Positions 44,190 through 57,935 of a stretch of DNA of 64,000 nucleotides are shown here, piece after piece. Below the pieces are notes generated by a model. It worked only from the letters and a program-made list of their open reading frames with translations, was not told the origin of the DNA and searched no databases. Numbering within the stretch: position 1 is the first letter of the stretch; each line of letters begins with the position of its first letter. The position numbers and the translations under genes were made by a program. Source of the stretch: the human T2T-CHM13v2.0 reference genome, Homo sapiens; NCBI RefSeq assembly GCF_009914755.1, contig NC_060925.1, one strand, 5' to 3'.

Positions 44190-45450
44190 TATTGGAACCT
44201 TCAGGCAGCAAAAGACAGTGCTGAGAACTCTGAACTCTCGTATTGCTTCAAACCTCTGCAGGTAGAAGCAATCTCATCCCCTTCCTCAAAGCAGCTATAA
44301 CCTGAGGCAACCAACCTGTTTTTGCATAAATCATTTATTAACTTCACCTGAAATAGTTACATCAAAAAGGGAGGCCAACTATCTTTAACACCTACCCAAT
44401 CACTTGTCATTGTCTTCAGGCCTATGATGACAGTTAAGATCACAGCAGAGACTAGATATAAAAGCAATGAAGGTGTTAAAGCATTTTGGCAATTTATATT
44501 GGAAGGAGTATGGGCAGCATACAGAAATGAATTCTAAGAGCTGAGAAAGAAAATAAACTTTTTTTATCTGAGGAATGTGAGACCATTTAAATTATCAGGC
44601 CCAGAGAGGTATTTAAAATGTGAGAGCAGTCACATCTCACTCCCACCTTGAGCTAAATAATCACCTCTTGAGGCCACTTGCTATGTGGGCTCTAAACTGA
44701 TGCCAAGTAGCCATAAAATGCCATACACTGGAGACCATGACTCACACGCTATAGTTCAACAATGAATAGCCAGTCACTAATCAATGTTATTTTGTAAACC
44801 AGTGAAAATGCCTGTCAAACAACTTTGTATCAGCCCAGCCCTTGCCTCCTTTTGCTTTTAAAACCCTACTTGTAACAAAGACCTAATGGAGCACTCCTCA
44901 AGGTAACCTGGAAGTGTGTTCCTGGCAGCTGTCCTCACTTTGGCTCAAACAAACTCTTTAAACATATCCTGTGCCTCAGCTTCTTCCTTCAGGTCAGAAG
45001 GGTGTTACCCCAAGGTGGGTAAATAAAAAATTAAATACAGCCAAATTTATCAAATGCACATACTCATCTAGGATTTGTGGTTTAATGTGTTGACTCAATA
45101 TTCAGGTGTAGTTTTTCACTGCTAGGCTGAGTAATTGAAGCCTGGACTTTGGACCCAATAGTGGCCTACAGTCAATTAGCTCGAGATATTTGACTTACTG
45201 AGCATAAAGGGTCTACTGGCTCAAAGAGATGAGAATGTCAGAGTGGACCTATTATGTGCAACCTGGTCAGCCACCCACAAAGCACTCCTTTCACCAAGGC
45301 ATTAATAAATACACCAGTGAGAGGGCACATTAGCATCCTGGAGAAACACTATGGTAGGTGTCTTCAGATGACAGTCTGCAAATGACAGCAGAAAATGCCA
45401 GAATGGAACTGCATTGCCTGATTTTATTGAAAATAACAGTATTCCAGATT
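44190..45450 (+). mobile_element. Degenerate ERVL internal (gag-like) fragment, split by LTR copy 2
   Basis: actcctttcaccaaggcattaataaatacaccagtgagaggg translates TPFTKALINTPVRG, resembling ERVL gag TPFTKALRNxLVRG. An ILR|RV-like motif is split across the LTR. Confidence 0.55.
44542..44996 (+). mobile_element. ERV1-class solo LTR (copy 2)
   Basis: Shares tgagaaagaaaa, gcagtcacatct, ttgagctaa, ctatagttcaacaatg and taatcaatgttattt with copy 1. Confidence 0.75.
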
Positions 45451-45734
45451 GGCTATTGCACCATCTGCTTTACTTATAGCCTGATGCTTCCAAATCCTCA
45501 TCCTTTCCCTTAAAATTAAAAGTCACACTCATTTACTTTTAATGAGTTCAATGAACGTATACTTAATAACATCTATTTGTGTTTCATTTGGAAATCTGAG
45601 GAAAACATCTGTGATGTGTAGACTTCCTATGCTCACCTTATTTGATTATGTATATACTAGAAAGCATGGTGAAAGGAGAGGTTAGGGAAAGAGGATATAT
45701 GAACCACAAAATGATTCCTTGTTCTCAACCCTAG

Positions 45735-46269
<535 letters not shown>

Positions 46270-47806
46270 TGAAGACTATATTGTTATGTGACAAACAGGC
46301 ATATATCTACAGCAATTTGATGGATGCTATAGGATGTTAGCAATAAATGAAATTCCATGTGGATCAGTTCTGGGTAATTTTATATGATTGCTTTCTGGTG
46401 AACAAACAATGTAAGTAATGGTTGATCTTAAAAGTGTAATCTTAAAAATCTCCTACATAACATTATTGAAGATAAATTATAATTTAAATGACAAATTCAA
46501 GGAAAATAAGCCAACCTCCATCTCCAAGCAAATTTGTCACTTCACTACTATCTATAGACAGATGTTAAATTTAGTTATGTTTAGGAAGCTTTCCTAACAC
46601 AGAAGCAACTTCAATAAAAAAACTGCAAAGACTTTCAGAAAAATATGTACACAAATAAATTGAGTAAAATTTTCATGTAAAACCATTCTTTTTCCTGTTA
46701 GCATTAAACAAGCTTAAGTCTCTTCCATATTAAAAATAAAGAAACTCTCCCCATACCCTGTGTCACAATTCATTTCCTAAATCCTTGTCTTCCCACTCAC
46801 TGGTAAGCATCCTGAAACAGATTCTGTAACTACTTTTTCATCGCTTAGTTGCTCTCCACCACACCAAAATCTGGCTTCTGCCTCCACCATCTCAAGAAAA
46901 CAGCTCTCTCAAAACTCAACACTGCCTGTGATTACATCCAACCTGCTGGCCACTTTTGACAGTGTTGTCCACTCTTGCCCTCTTGACATGCTGTCTGGCT
47001 TTGACTTCAGGGATCCCATGCTCTCCTAGTTTTAGTCTACATTCCTGGCTTCTTTTCAGCTGTCTTTGTGACTCTTCCATCCTTCCTGTAAATATCAATG
47101 CTCCTCAGTATTCTGTCTTAGGTGCTGTCTCTTCCCTCTCTACACATGCTGCCTGAGTTAGCTCATCAATGACACCAGCTGGTTTTATTTATGTATTCAG
47201 CTGATGATCTCTGAATCTACACTTGAAGCTTTTGTGGCCTTCAAACTGACCTGACATCTCCACAAAGATGTCTTCCAAGCACCACAAGTTCAATATGCCC
47301 AACTCAACAAGAGAGCTCAACACACAGACAAGTTCCCACCACCCCATCTATGTCCATATACTCTACTTTCTCTTTTCATGATAGGTTAAAAAAAACAAAA
47401 CAGGATCGAGTAAGGCCAACCCCTTCATTATGAACATCCTCAAGTACTTTGCTCCAGTACTTTCCTCCTCTCCTCTCTCCTCCAATCATCTATAATTTCT
47501 ATCAGATTACAAGCATGCTGTTATTTTTTCCATCTTAAAACACACACACACACCCACACAACAAAGTACAATAGTTTTACCTCTATGTTCTGCCTCTAAC
47601 TGCTCTCCTTCCAGTCTCTTTTGATCCTACTGTGGGGTCTCTGCCTCTACTTTTCCACAAAATTGTTCTTATCAAAGGCACCAATGACCTTCATATTGCT
47701 ATTGCTAAACTCAATGTCATTATTTAGTCCTTATCTCATTTGATTCAGAACTCATTTTATTTGACATGCTGACAGACTTTATATGCTTTCTTCACTTGGT
47801 TTCCAG

Positions 47807-48508
47807 TGTTACAGTAGGCAGTCAGGCAGACATAAGCAGGACAGGAGGACACCCCCAACCAGGAATGGCCACATCAGGTGATGATCAGGTGGTTGTTAAA
47901 CTGTCTCTCTAAAATAATAATTGGTCACACCTGGTGCCAGGAAAAGGCAGTCTACCACTAGATAGAAAAGCCTGAAACTGGTGATCAGCAGCTTCCCAAT
48001 AAGACTCAGGAGTTAGGCAAGTGGGCTCAAGCATGCACACTAAGAGGCAAAATGGTGGAGTTTAACTGGTGGCATATGACCTTCTTCTAGGAGCACTCAA
48101 CCAGTCAGGGAAGAATGCCTCAAATGAGCACGTGTACAACTTCAGTAAACACACTGTGCATGCAGCCCCTCCCAAGTGCTGGTAGGTCACTGTGCATGTG
48201 GACAGCCCACCCCAAGGGAAGAATCAGAGAAGGGATGCAACCCCACAGAAGCATGCCAAGTCAAAGGTTAAACACCAAGTCAAAGGTTAAATCATACACT
48301 TGAATCTCTCAAGTCACCCACTTAGCCCAATTCCAAGTGTACTTTGCTTCCTTTTATTCCTGTTCTAAAGCTTTTTAACAAACTTTCACTCCTGTTCTAA
48401 AACTTGCCTCAGTCTCTCCCTGTCTTATGCCCCTTGGTCTAATTCTTTATTCTGAGGAGGCAAGAATTGAGGCTGCTGCAAACACATATGGATTCGGCGC
48501 TGCTAACA
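47807..48508 (+). mobile_element. ERV1 solo LTR, MER50-like
   Basis: tgttacagtagg...gctaaca termini, ctctctaaaataataattggtcac, aagaggcaaaatggtggagttt. Flanks ccag/caag. Interrupts the L2. Confidence 0.8.
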
Positions 48509-49247
48509 CAAGGACACTAAATTTGCCTGTTATTATGCTGTCATTCTCACTGCCCTTTCTCTATCCACTCTGCTGGTTCCTCATCATCTCTTGACTTCCA
48601 AAAATTGGAGTACCCCAAGGCTCAGTTCTAAGAAATTTTTTTCTATCTATATCCATTCACTAAGTGTTTTCATACAGTCTCAGAGGTTTAAATGCCATGG
48701 AAGTGATAAATATTCTCAGGATTTTACCTCCTGCCCCCAAATCCAGGCTGGTCTATACATCAGCCTATTTGACATCTCCAACTGAATGTCTAATAAGCAT
48801 CTCAACTGTAACTGTTTAAAATGAGCTCTTTCTGTTTATGAAAGAGTCTTGTCAGGGGAAAAAATGTGCCCTTGATAACACTCCCAATCCCAAACTTGCC
48901 TCTCCTGTAGTCGTCCTTTCTAGTAATATATTCTCCCAACTGCTTGGACCAAAAACCTTAGTATCATCCTTGAGTCTTCCTTTTTCTCCCTCATCCCATA
49001 CCTAGTCCATCAATACATTGCTATCTTTACCTTTAAAGATCATTAAAATTCAAACCCTTCTTATCCCTTTTGCCACTACTCTAGGCCAAAGCCACTGTCA
49101 TCTTCTGCTTGGATTACTTCAATCGTCTTCTAAGTGGTCTCATCACTTTTGCTCTTACCTAATTCAGACTACTCTTAACCTAGTATTCAGAGTGATCCTA
49201 TTAAAACACAAATCAGTTGTCACTTTTCTGCTCAGAATTCTACAATA

Positions 49248-49887
49248 TAGTCATGTAATGCATAATGACATTTTGATCAACTATGGACTGCCATTAGTCC
49301 ATAATGCATTAGTCCATAACTGCGTAAATTTTTCAACTTTATTATAATCTTATGGGAACACTATGTGGTGTTGAAAAATTCCTATTACCTGTGATATTGT
49401 AACTGTTTTAAGTACTAATGTAAAGCATTACTCACGTGTATGTGGTGATGTCAGTGTAAACAAACCTACTGTGCTGTCGGCAGTATAAAAGTATAGCACA
49501 TACAATTATGTACAGTACCTAATACTTAATAATAAATGACTGTGTTACTGGTTTATATATTTACTATACTTCGTATCGTTATCTTAGAGTATACAGCTTC
49601 TACTTAATATTTTTTTAAAAGTTAACTGTAAAACAACCTCAGGCAGGTCCTTCAGGAAGTATTCCCGAAGAAGGCACTGTTGTCATAGGAAATGACAATT
49701 TCATGTATGTAACTGTCCCTGAAGACCTTCTAGTTGTGACTCACCGAGAGCAACTTCCAGTCCTGTAAGCTTCATTCATGGTAAGTGCCTTATATAGGTG
49801 TACCCTTTTTAAAAAAAATCTTGTATATAATCATATAACAATACCTTTCTCAGAAAATATCCCTGGTGTTAAGCAATGCATGACTGT
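49248..49887 (-). mobile_element. Tigger3/Golem-type DNA transposon derivative
   Basis: Termini tagtcatg / catgactg with TA flanks; caggcaggtccttcaggaagtattcc. Confidence 0.8.
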
Positions 49888-50957
49888 AATTCCCTGCAAT
49901 AGTTTTACTCAGAATAAGAAACTATGCATCCACTAAATATGACTTACAAGGCTTTACATGATGTGGCCCCCTGTTGCCTCCTCTCTCGTCTCTACTATTC
50001 TTTTCCCATCATTCTACTTGAGCCACAATGGCCTCCTCACTATTTTGTAAAAAACTTATTCTTCTCCATGTAGAATGCTCTTTTCACACATCTGTATAAA
50101 CATCTCTTCTTGTTTTAATCTTTAACTAAGAAATCAATCACCTTCTCAGTATAGTTTTCCCTGGCCATCCTGTATTTATATAATTTAACCCTCCCTTGAA
50201 TGCTTCATAGAACGGATTTCCTCTTACTTTTTTGTTCTTAGCATTTATCATTATCTAATGTATTCTATGTTTTACTTATAGAAAGTTCTATGGGACAGGA
50301 ATTTTTTTCATTGTTATTGTCTTTTTGTACCAGTCCCTACAACAGTGCGTCAGATATGGTAGGTTAAAAAATATTACTGAATGAATAAATGCACCAAATT
50401 GAATAAATTTGGGCTTCCAATATAAGCTGAGAATGACAATAACATATATTCAGTTGCCTGAAATCTAGAAAGCTGAGTATAACTGATAATTTCTCCTGCT
50501 CCCTCATTTCTCACAGCTGCTTATTACGTTCTCCAGGTTCTATCTTCTTAGTAGATGGAATCCATCCACTTCTCTCCATCTTCACTATCACCACCTGAGG
50601 CCCACACCTCATCTCTCGCAGCTGGATTCCTACCTCCAGCCTGCTCCTCCCACTTCACTCTCCACACAGTAGCAAGAGTGGTGATTCAAAAATGTAAATA
50701 TAATCATGTCACCTTTCTTCAATGGCCTGAGGATAATGTGCAAATGCCTTGTATTCTGTCATGACTTTGCCTCTATTTTACTTTCCAGCTTCATTTCTCA
50801 CCACTCTCATCTATTTATGTTTCAGTCATAGTAAACAGCTATCATTTTCTGAATGTGGCATGTCCCCCTTTTCCTTTAGATCTTAGCACATCCTCCCTGG
50901 ACACTCCTCCCTAGCTACTTCTTTCTTACTAATTATATCTCAGCTTAGAAGTTTATC

Positions 50958-51109
50958 GTTTCTTTCTTTCTTTTTTTCCCTGGTAGAGATAGGGTTTTAC
51001 TATGTTGCCTGGGCTGGGCTTGAACTCCTGGGCTCAAGTAAGCCTCCTTCCTCAGCCTCTTAAGTAGCTCAGATTATAGGTGTGTGTGTGTGTCTGCCAT
51101 CATACCCAG

Positions 51110-51148
<39 letters not shown>

Positions 51149-51166
51149 GCCATCATACCCAGCTAG
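50958..51166 (-). mobile_element. Alu monomer (FLAM/AluJ-like) containing a (TG)n microsatellite and an internal duplication
   Basis: gtagagatagggtttt...gaactcctgggctcaag, then two (TG)n-tgccatcatacccagctag units. Confidence 0.85.
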
Positions 51167-51356
51167 AAGTAATTTTGTTCAGAATTATCATCCCATTTGC
51201 TTTTCTATCATGCTGTATTATAATTTTCTATCTGCCAATCCTGACTTTGGTCTCCTTTAGGTCTAGGATATGTTTATTGTCTATGTATCTCCAATACTTG
51301 ACACATAACAGGTACTCAGTAAGTATTTACTGTATAGTAAATAATGTGATTCTTAC

Positions 51357-51604
51357 CTTTCTCTTCTGGTTTTTTCCAATTTGTCTTTTAAAATCATAAT
51401 TTCTTTGTTGAGAGCAAGTTGCTGACCTTCTGAATCATGCAGTTCTTTCTTAAGATTTTTTATTTCATTTGCATGTATTCCTTCTCTTTTAGATAATTCT
51501 TCTTCATAAAAGATACTTTTCTTTTCCAAATCAGTCTTTAGTTTGGTTATCTCTTGCTGATGTTCTATGCTGCATACTCCTGGTGAGTAACTAATTTGTT
51601 TTTG
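51357..51604 (-). CDS. CDC42BPA: CDC42BPA coding exon (248 nt, phase 0-2): [23 protein letters not shown]...[12 protein letters not shown]
   Basis: Acceptor ttattatttctatAG|CAA, donor GAAAG|GTaaga. Hand translation gives 82 codons + 2 nt. Not in the ORF track. Confidence 0.96.
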
Positions 51605-53199
51605 CTATAGAAATAATAACAAAAGATTAGTGCATCTACAAGAATAATAAAATATTTAAATAACTTCTTTCTGTAATATAAATGAGTATTCATATAACTG
51701 CATTTTTTGTACATCCTAACAAAAATAAAATTCTATGTTAAATCTACTAACTTTTTGCCTGCCATATATTGCAAATATTTTCCTCAGTTTACATTCCTTA
51801 ATAGTCTGTCTTTGTTGCTGTTTTTAAAAAGTTTTCTTCACACAAAGATTACATATTTATTCAAATTTTTGGCTGGGACTTACATGATTTCTTGCTTTAC
51901 ATTTAAATTTCTAATTTATTTACAATTATTGTTGGTGTATGGAGTGAGAGAAAAATCTAACTGCATCCTAAATCTGATGAAGAACTGATAAAAAGTTTTA
52001 AGGATATCTGTGTCTTAAAAAAATTAAAATGGGCAAAGGAATGGTAGAGTAGAATGTACAAAAATAAAGACAGAAACCTTTTGCAATAGTCCTGTGAGAA
52101 ATGGCAAAGGTCTAAACTAACATCTCCTTCATATCTACACTAGAAAAAAAACGGTAGGTCTCTTCACTTTTAGGTATGATTAAGAAGGAGAAGAAATTGG
52201 GTTGAAATCTACCTTTTTAGAAATAAGGCTGAAATATCCTCTCAGTAATAAGAAAGAAAAGAAAATGTAAAGTCCAAAGATTCTTCCAGGTACTGCCTAA
52301 AGGGTAAACAGAAACATACAGACTACAGATTATGACTGTAAGATTTCCTAAGCTTTGTAATTTTCCAAAGGTCATTAATTTGTTATATCTTATCTGTCTC
52401 CCCAGTTGCAATAAAACTTTTAAAACTAAAAGAATCTATGCACTTAAGTTTAGGGACAACAAAGAATCAAGATCTGGAGGTCACTGTATTCTTTTTTGAA
52501 GTCAGTCATAAGGGCAATAAAAACTGGTAAGCGTAGTTGACTTAAAGTAGAAGGAAAAATACCCTGACTCCTTCATGTTTGAAGTATATAATTTAAAAAG
52601 AGCAAAGGAAGTGATGTGGGCCAGAGAAATAGCCCTGGCGTGTCCACTGCAATATTAACCATTTATCGAAAAAATACTTTTCATGTGCCAGATCCAGATC
52701 GTCCAATGGTTTATGAGGCAGCCTAACATGCAAAAGTCTGCTTAACTTGAGAAGAACCAGAGCAAGGCAGATTCTTGCTCTGAAGCATCGCTATGAAAAT
52801 GAGAACTAAATTGACATCTGTGGCACTTACCACTGACCCGTACTATTCTTGCATTTTTCTAACTACTTAAAGAAAAGAACACTTTTAGTTTGATGTTCTG
52901 TTTATTGTGATGACTGTTGGGATGGCAGCAGCATGTACAGTAAGTTTCAAGAAAAAAAAATTCCCCTGAAATCAAAACCTAACAAAGATACCAACAATTA
53001 TGGTTACAGATGCATATCACTTATTGATAAGAATGTGAAAAGCCAAATAGAACACAAATGATATTATTAAACCATCTGTAAAAAAGAAAAACCTACCAAG
53101 AAATAATAGGTTTTATTGCAGACACCGAAGATAATTTAATGTCAGCAAACTTATTAATAAATGTGTCATAAAATGAATTATTTTAATAGATTAAATTTT

Positions 53200-53255
53200 A
53201 AAATCCAAATGATAATCTCAGTATGTAAAAATCCAAATGATAATCTCAGTATGTA
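53200..53255. repeat. Perfect 28-bp tandem duplication aaaatccaaatgataatctcagtatgta
   Basis: Identical copies at 53200-53227 and 53228-53255. Confidence 0.95.
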
Positions 53256-53349
53256 CCCCTACCCAATAGCATTTTATAAAATCCAGTAATAATTCCAAAT
53301 ACTACTCTAAGTCCCACAATAAAACCATTACATAAAAAAAACCAGTAAT

Positions 53350-54920
53350 TCTTTTAATTTAAAAGTATCCATTTTGAGCTATCAAAATACTATTTACGTG
53401 AAACATCAGAGATACATCGAGTAAATTCAGAAATATCAACAAAAAGGATGTCTTCCATTACCACTCTTATGCGACATTCATTTCAGACCAACATATAAAA
53501 TTGTCTCTCTGACCAACATGTAAAATAGTTAAAAAAATGAATATTGTAAAGAAAAATAACATATTTATCATTTCTATTTAATTGTTCACCCAGAAAATAC
53601 AAATAAATCTAGTGAAATGTGTTAGAATTGATAGTTGAGTAAAGCAATAGCATATAAGATAAACACAAATCAATACTTCCAGATATTAAAATAAGCAATA
53701 AACATAACAAAAATTTCATTGTTAATTGAAGGATAATAGTGAGAAATTTCTGATTTATATGAGAAACCTACAAGTCTTGAAACAAAGTATTTAAAAGGGA
53801 AGATTAAATGTACATATTCAATATTTTTCATGTTATCTTCCACATAATTCTAATTAAAAGTTCTTTATAAATGTGGAGATAGAAGGGCATGGAGACATGT
53901 TTCTACTCCGTGGATAAGAATAAACTGGTAAAAATGTCAAAGAAAATACCAAGGGGTGCATGGGAAAATATACTTTTCAAATATTAAAACATACTATAAC
54001 TCTTTACTAAAGTATCACTATGACAGATCTGCTCCCCGAAATAATTTAATTCAATATATGAGACATCTTCAGTCATTGGGTAAGGCAATGATTAATAAAT
54101 GAAATTGGAATCACCAGCTAGCAATAAAATAACAAAAATCAATCTCATGTCATACCATTTAGCAAAACAAACTCCTAATAGATTAAACAGTTAATTATTT
54201 TTAGACCCAACAAACATCCAAAAGAAAGCAGAATTAAATACTTATCAAAACTCTGAGAGAAGGACAAGCCAAGCTTTGAAGCGACAGAAGAAACACTGAG
54301 AAAAACCAACAAATCTTCTATAATTTTAAAAAGAAACAAGATCAAAATTAAGGGATACATGATAAATTGGTTAAATAGTTGCTGAAAACACTTCAAAAAG
54401 TAAAATTTTTACTGTGCAGAGAGTTTTATGAATTGGTAAGAAAAACATTAAGACTACTAAATTAAATTAGCAAATAAAGAGAGAATTTATGAACAGAAAA
54501 TATTATTAATAAAACAATCCACTAATAAACCAAGAAATAAAGAGGTACAACTTTTTTGGCCTCTCGTATTTGCAAAGATTTGTGGGATTTATCACATAAA
54601 TTAGCCTTAAAATAATCGCTAACTTCGTTTCTGGGTGCCTGTTCTAAGAAAATGATACAGAAAAAGCAGTGCATAAAGGTGTTTTTGGCAATTATAATAC
54701 TGCAAAGAATTTTTAAAGGTAACAATAGAAAATTGGTTATGCGGATAGTCTTCTTGAATTATTTATAATCACTAAAATTATGTTTGTGATAATTTTGTAA
54801 TAACAAATAGAAATAACTAGGTATGTGAAAATTCTTCTTGAACTACTTAAAATCATTAAAATTATGTTTGTGACAATTTGGTAATGAAAGTAAAAATGCT
54901 TATTACACTATTAAGTGAAA
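53350..54920 (+). mobile_element. Very old L1M ORF2/3' remnant
   Basis: A-rich strand; aaaaggatgtcttccattaccactctt and other degenerate ORF2-like motifs. Confidence 0.55.
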
Positions 54921-54928
54921 AATGTAAG

Positions 54929-55320
54929 TGTATGGGTTGAACTGTATTACCTTCAAATTCCTATGTTGAAGCCCTAACCACCAGTACTTCAGAATGTAAC
55001 CTTATTTTAAAATATGGTTTTAAGAGGTAAATCGAATCAAAACGGTAAGGCACACCCCTAATTCATTAAGACTGCGTCCTTATAAAAGGAGAAATCTGGA
55101 CACAGACACACAGGGAGAACTCCATGTGAACATGAAAGCAGAGATCAGGGTGATGTATCTTACAAGCCAAGCAATACCAAAGACTGTCAGCATGCCACCA
55201 GAAGCCAACCATACCAATATCTTGATTTTGAACTTCTAGCCTCCAGAACTGAGACAGTTCTGTGTTTTAAGCCACCCAGTGTGTGGTACTTCACAACAGC
55301 ATCCCCAACAAACTAACACA
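54929..55320. mobile_element. MLT1 (MaLR) solo LTR
   Basis: tgtatgggttgaactgt...gaagccctaacc...ttctagcctccagaactgagac...aaactaacaca. Confidence 0.85.
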
Positions 55321-55720
55321 ATAGGGAAAAAAAAATACCTCTAGTAACATCACAGCATCATATATAACAACTTAAAAGTTTTCTTTAAAAATTTTTTTTA
55401 TTGAAATGTGATTCACATATCATACAAATCACTCATTTAAAAGTGTAAAATTCAATTATCTTGTTATACTGCATTAATAGTTTTTAAGTGGTAAAACAAC
55501 ATACAACAAAATTTTCCATTTTAACCATTCTACATGCACAATTCAATGGCATTAATTACATTTGCAATGCTATATAAATATCACCAGTATCTATTTCCAA
55601 AATTTTTTCATCATTCCAACAAAAAATTCTGTAACCATTAAGAATTAACTCCCTGTTCCCCACTCCACCCAAACCCTGGTAACCTCTATTCTACTTTGTA
55701 TCTGTGAATTTGCCTATTCT

Positions 55721-56018
55721 CTTTTTTTTTTTTTTTTTTTTTTTGAGACAGGGTCTCACTCTGTTGTCCAGGCTGGAGTACACTGGCACAATCATGACTC
55801 ACTGCAGCCTCGACCTCAAGCAATCTTCCCACCTCAGCCTCCTGAGTAGCTGGGACTACAGGCATCTACCACCATGCCCAGCTAATTTCTTAATTTTCTG
55901 TAGAGATGGGGTCTCACTCTGTTGCCCAGGCTGGTTTTGAACTCCTGGGCTCAAGTAATCCTCCTGCTTCGGCCTCCCAAAGTGCTGGGATTACAGTCAT
56001 GAGCCACTGCATCGGGCC
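55721..56018 (-). mobile_element. Alu (AluJ-like)
   Basis: Perfect TSD tgaatttgcctattct at 55705 and 56019. Confidence 0.95.
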
Positions 56019-57794
56019 TGAATTTGCCTATTCTAAATTATTTCATATAAGTGGAATCATATAGTATTTGTCCTGTTGTGTCTGGCTTCTTTTACTTAGT
56101 ACGTTTTCGAGATTTAGCCATGTTGTAGCATGTATCATGACTTCATTCCTTTTCATAGATAAATGATACTCCATTGTATTTATATACCACATTTTCTTTA
56201 TCCATCTGTTGATGAACACTTGGATTGTTTCCACCTTTTGGCTACTGCAATAATACTTCAATAAACACTTGTGTAAAGCATCTATTAGAGTTCCTATGTT
56301 CAAATATTTTGGGTATATACCTAGGAGTGGAATGGCTGGATCATGTGGTAGTTCTGTTTGACTTTTTGAGGAACCACCACATTGTTTCAAAAGTGGCTAC
56401 ATTATTTTATACTTTCTTTAGCAACATATAAGGGTTCCAATTCTCTACCTTCTTGTTAAGACCTACTTTCTTTTTCTTTCTTTTTAATTTTAGCTATCCC
56501 AGTACATATGAAGTGGTATCTCATTTTGGTTTTAATTTGAATTCTCCTAGTGATTAGTAATGTTGAGCATTTTTTAATTTGCTTATTGACCATTTATATA
56601 TATCTTCTCTGGAGAAATGTCTATTCAAGTCTTTTGCCCATTTTTTGATTGAGTTGTCTTTCTGTTGTTGAGCTGTAGTTCTTCATATAATCTGGATATT
56701 AAATTGTTATCACATATATGATTTGCAAATATTTTCTTGCATCCCTTAAGCTGTCTTTTTACTTTCTTAATAATGTCCTTTGATACCATACACATTAAGT
56801 TTTAATTTTGATAAAGCCCAATTTATACTTTTTTTGTTATTTATGCATCTATATTAATAAGAAACGTTGGTCTGTAATTTTGTGATTTTTTTGTCTGGCT
56901 CTGGTATTCAGGGTAATGCCAGCTTCACAGAATCAGTTAGGAAGTGTTTCCTCCTCTTCTATTTTAAAAAGAGTTTGAGAAGGATTGGTGTTAATTCTTC
57001 TTTCAGTATTATTTCTAAGAATCCATTATCAAATCCAAGGTCTCTTGAGTTTTATAGTTGTAGCTGTAAGATTTCAGTTGCTGATCCAATTTGAGTTAAT
57101 TTGTATAACTGGTGTGATGCAGGTGACCAATTTCATTCTTTTGTAGGTTAATATTCAGTTGTCCCAAAACATCTGTAGAAACTATTCTTTCCCCATTGAA
57201 TGGACTTAGTACATTTGTCAAAAATTAATTGACCATAGATACATGCATTTATTTCTGTATTCTTAATTATATTTTATTGGTCTGTATGTCTATCCTTATG
57301 ACAGTACCACATTGTTTTGATTACTGTAACTTTGTAGTAAGTTCTGAAGTATGACTCCTCCAACTTTGTCCTTTTTTTATGATTGTTTTGGCTGTCCAGG
57401 TCCTTTGCAATTCCATATGAATTTGAGGATCAGCTTTTTATTTCTGCAAAAAAGACTTTGAATTTTGATAGGGACTGAATTGAAGCTGTACATAACTTTA
57501 GGTAGTAGTACTGCATCTTAACAATATTAAATCCCACTATTCATAAACATGAGATGTCTTTCCATTTATTTAGATTTTCTTTAATTCCTTTCAGCAATGT
57601 TTTGTCATTTTTAGTTGGATAAATGTGTCCCAAGGGATTTTATTCCTTTAGATGCAATTGTTAAGTGGAATTGCTTTCTTAACATTCTTTGCAGACTGTT
57701 CGTGCTGCCTTATAGAAACACAACTGATTGCTATGTGTTGATCTTGCAGCCTGGAACTTGGGTGAATTTATTTTAAGCTCAAGTCTCAAGTACC

Positions 57795-57935
57795 TTTCCT
57801 TTTGAGACAGGGTCTCACTCTGTCACCCAGGCTGGAATGCAGTGGCCCAATCATGGCTCACTGAAGTCTCGACCTCCGAAGTCTCAGGTGATCCTCCTGC
57901 CTCAGCCCCCAGAGTAGCTGGGACGACAGGTGCCT
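57795..57935 (-). mobile_element. Partial Alu (right arm)
   Basis: tttgagacagggtctcactctgtcacccaggctgg...gagtagctgggacgacagg. Confidence 0.85.

Larger units (their letters stand above)
46700..50390 (+). mobile_element. L2 fragments hosting an LTR and a Tigger insertion
   Basis: caccaatgaccttcatattgct; cctatttgacatctccaactgaatgtctaataagcatctcaa; terminus tactgaatgaataaatg. Confidence 0.75.
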
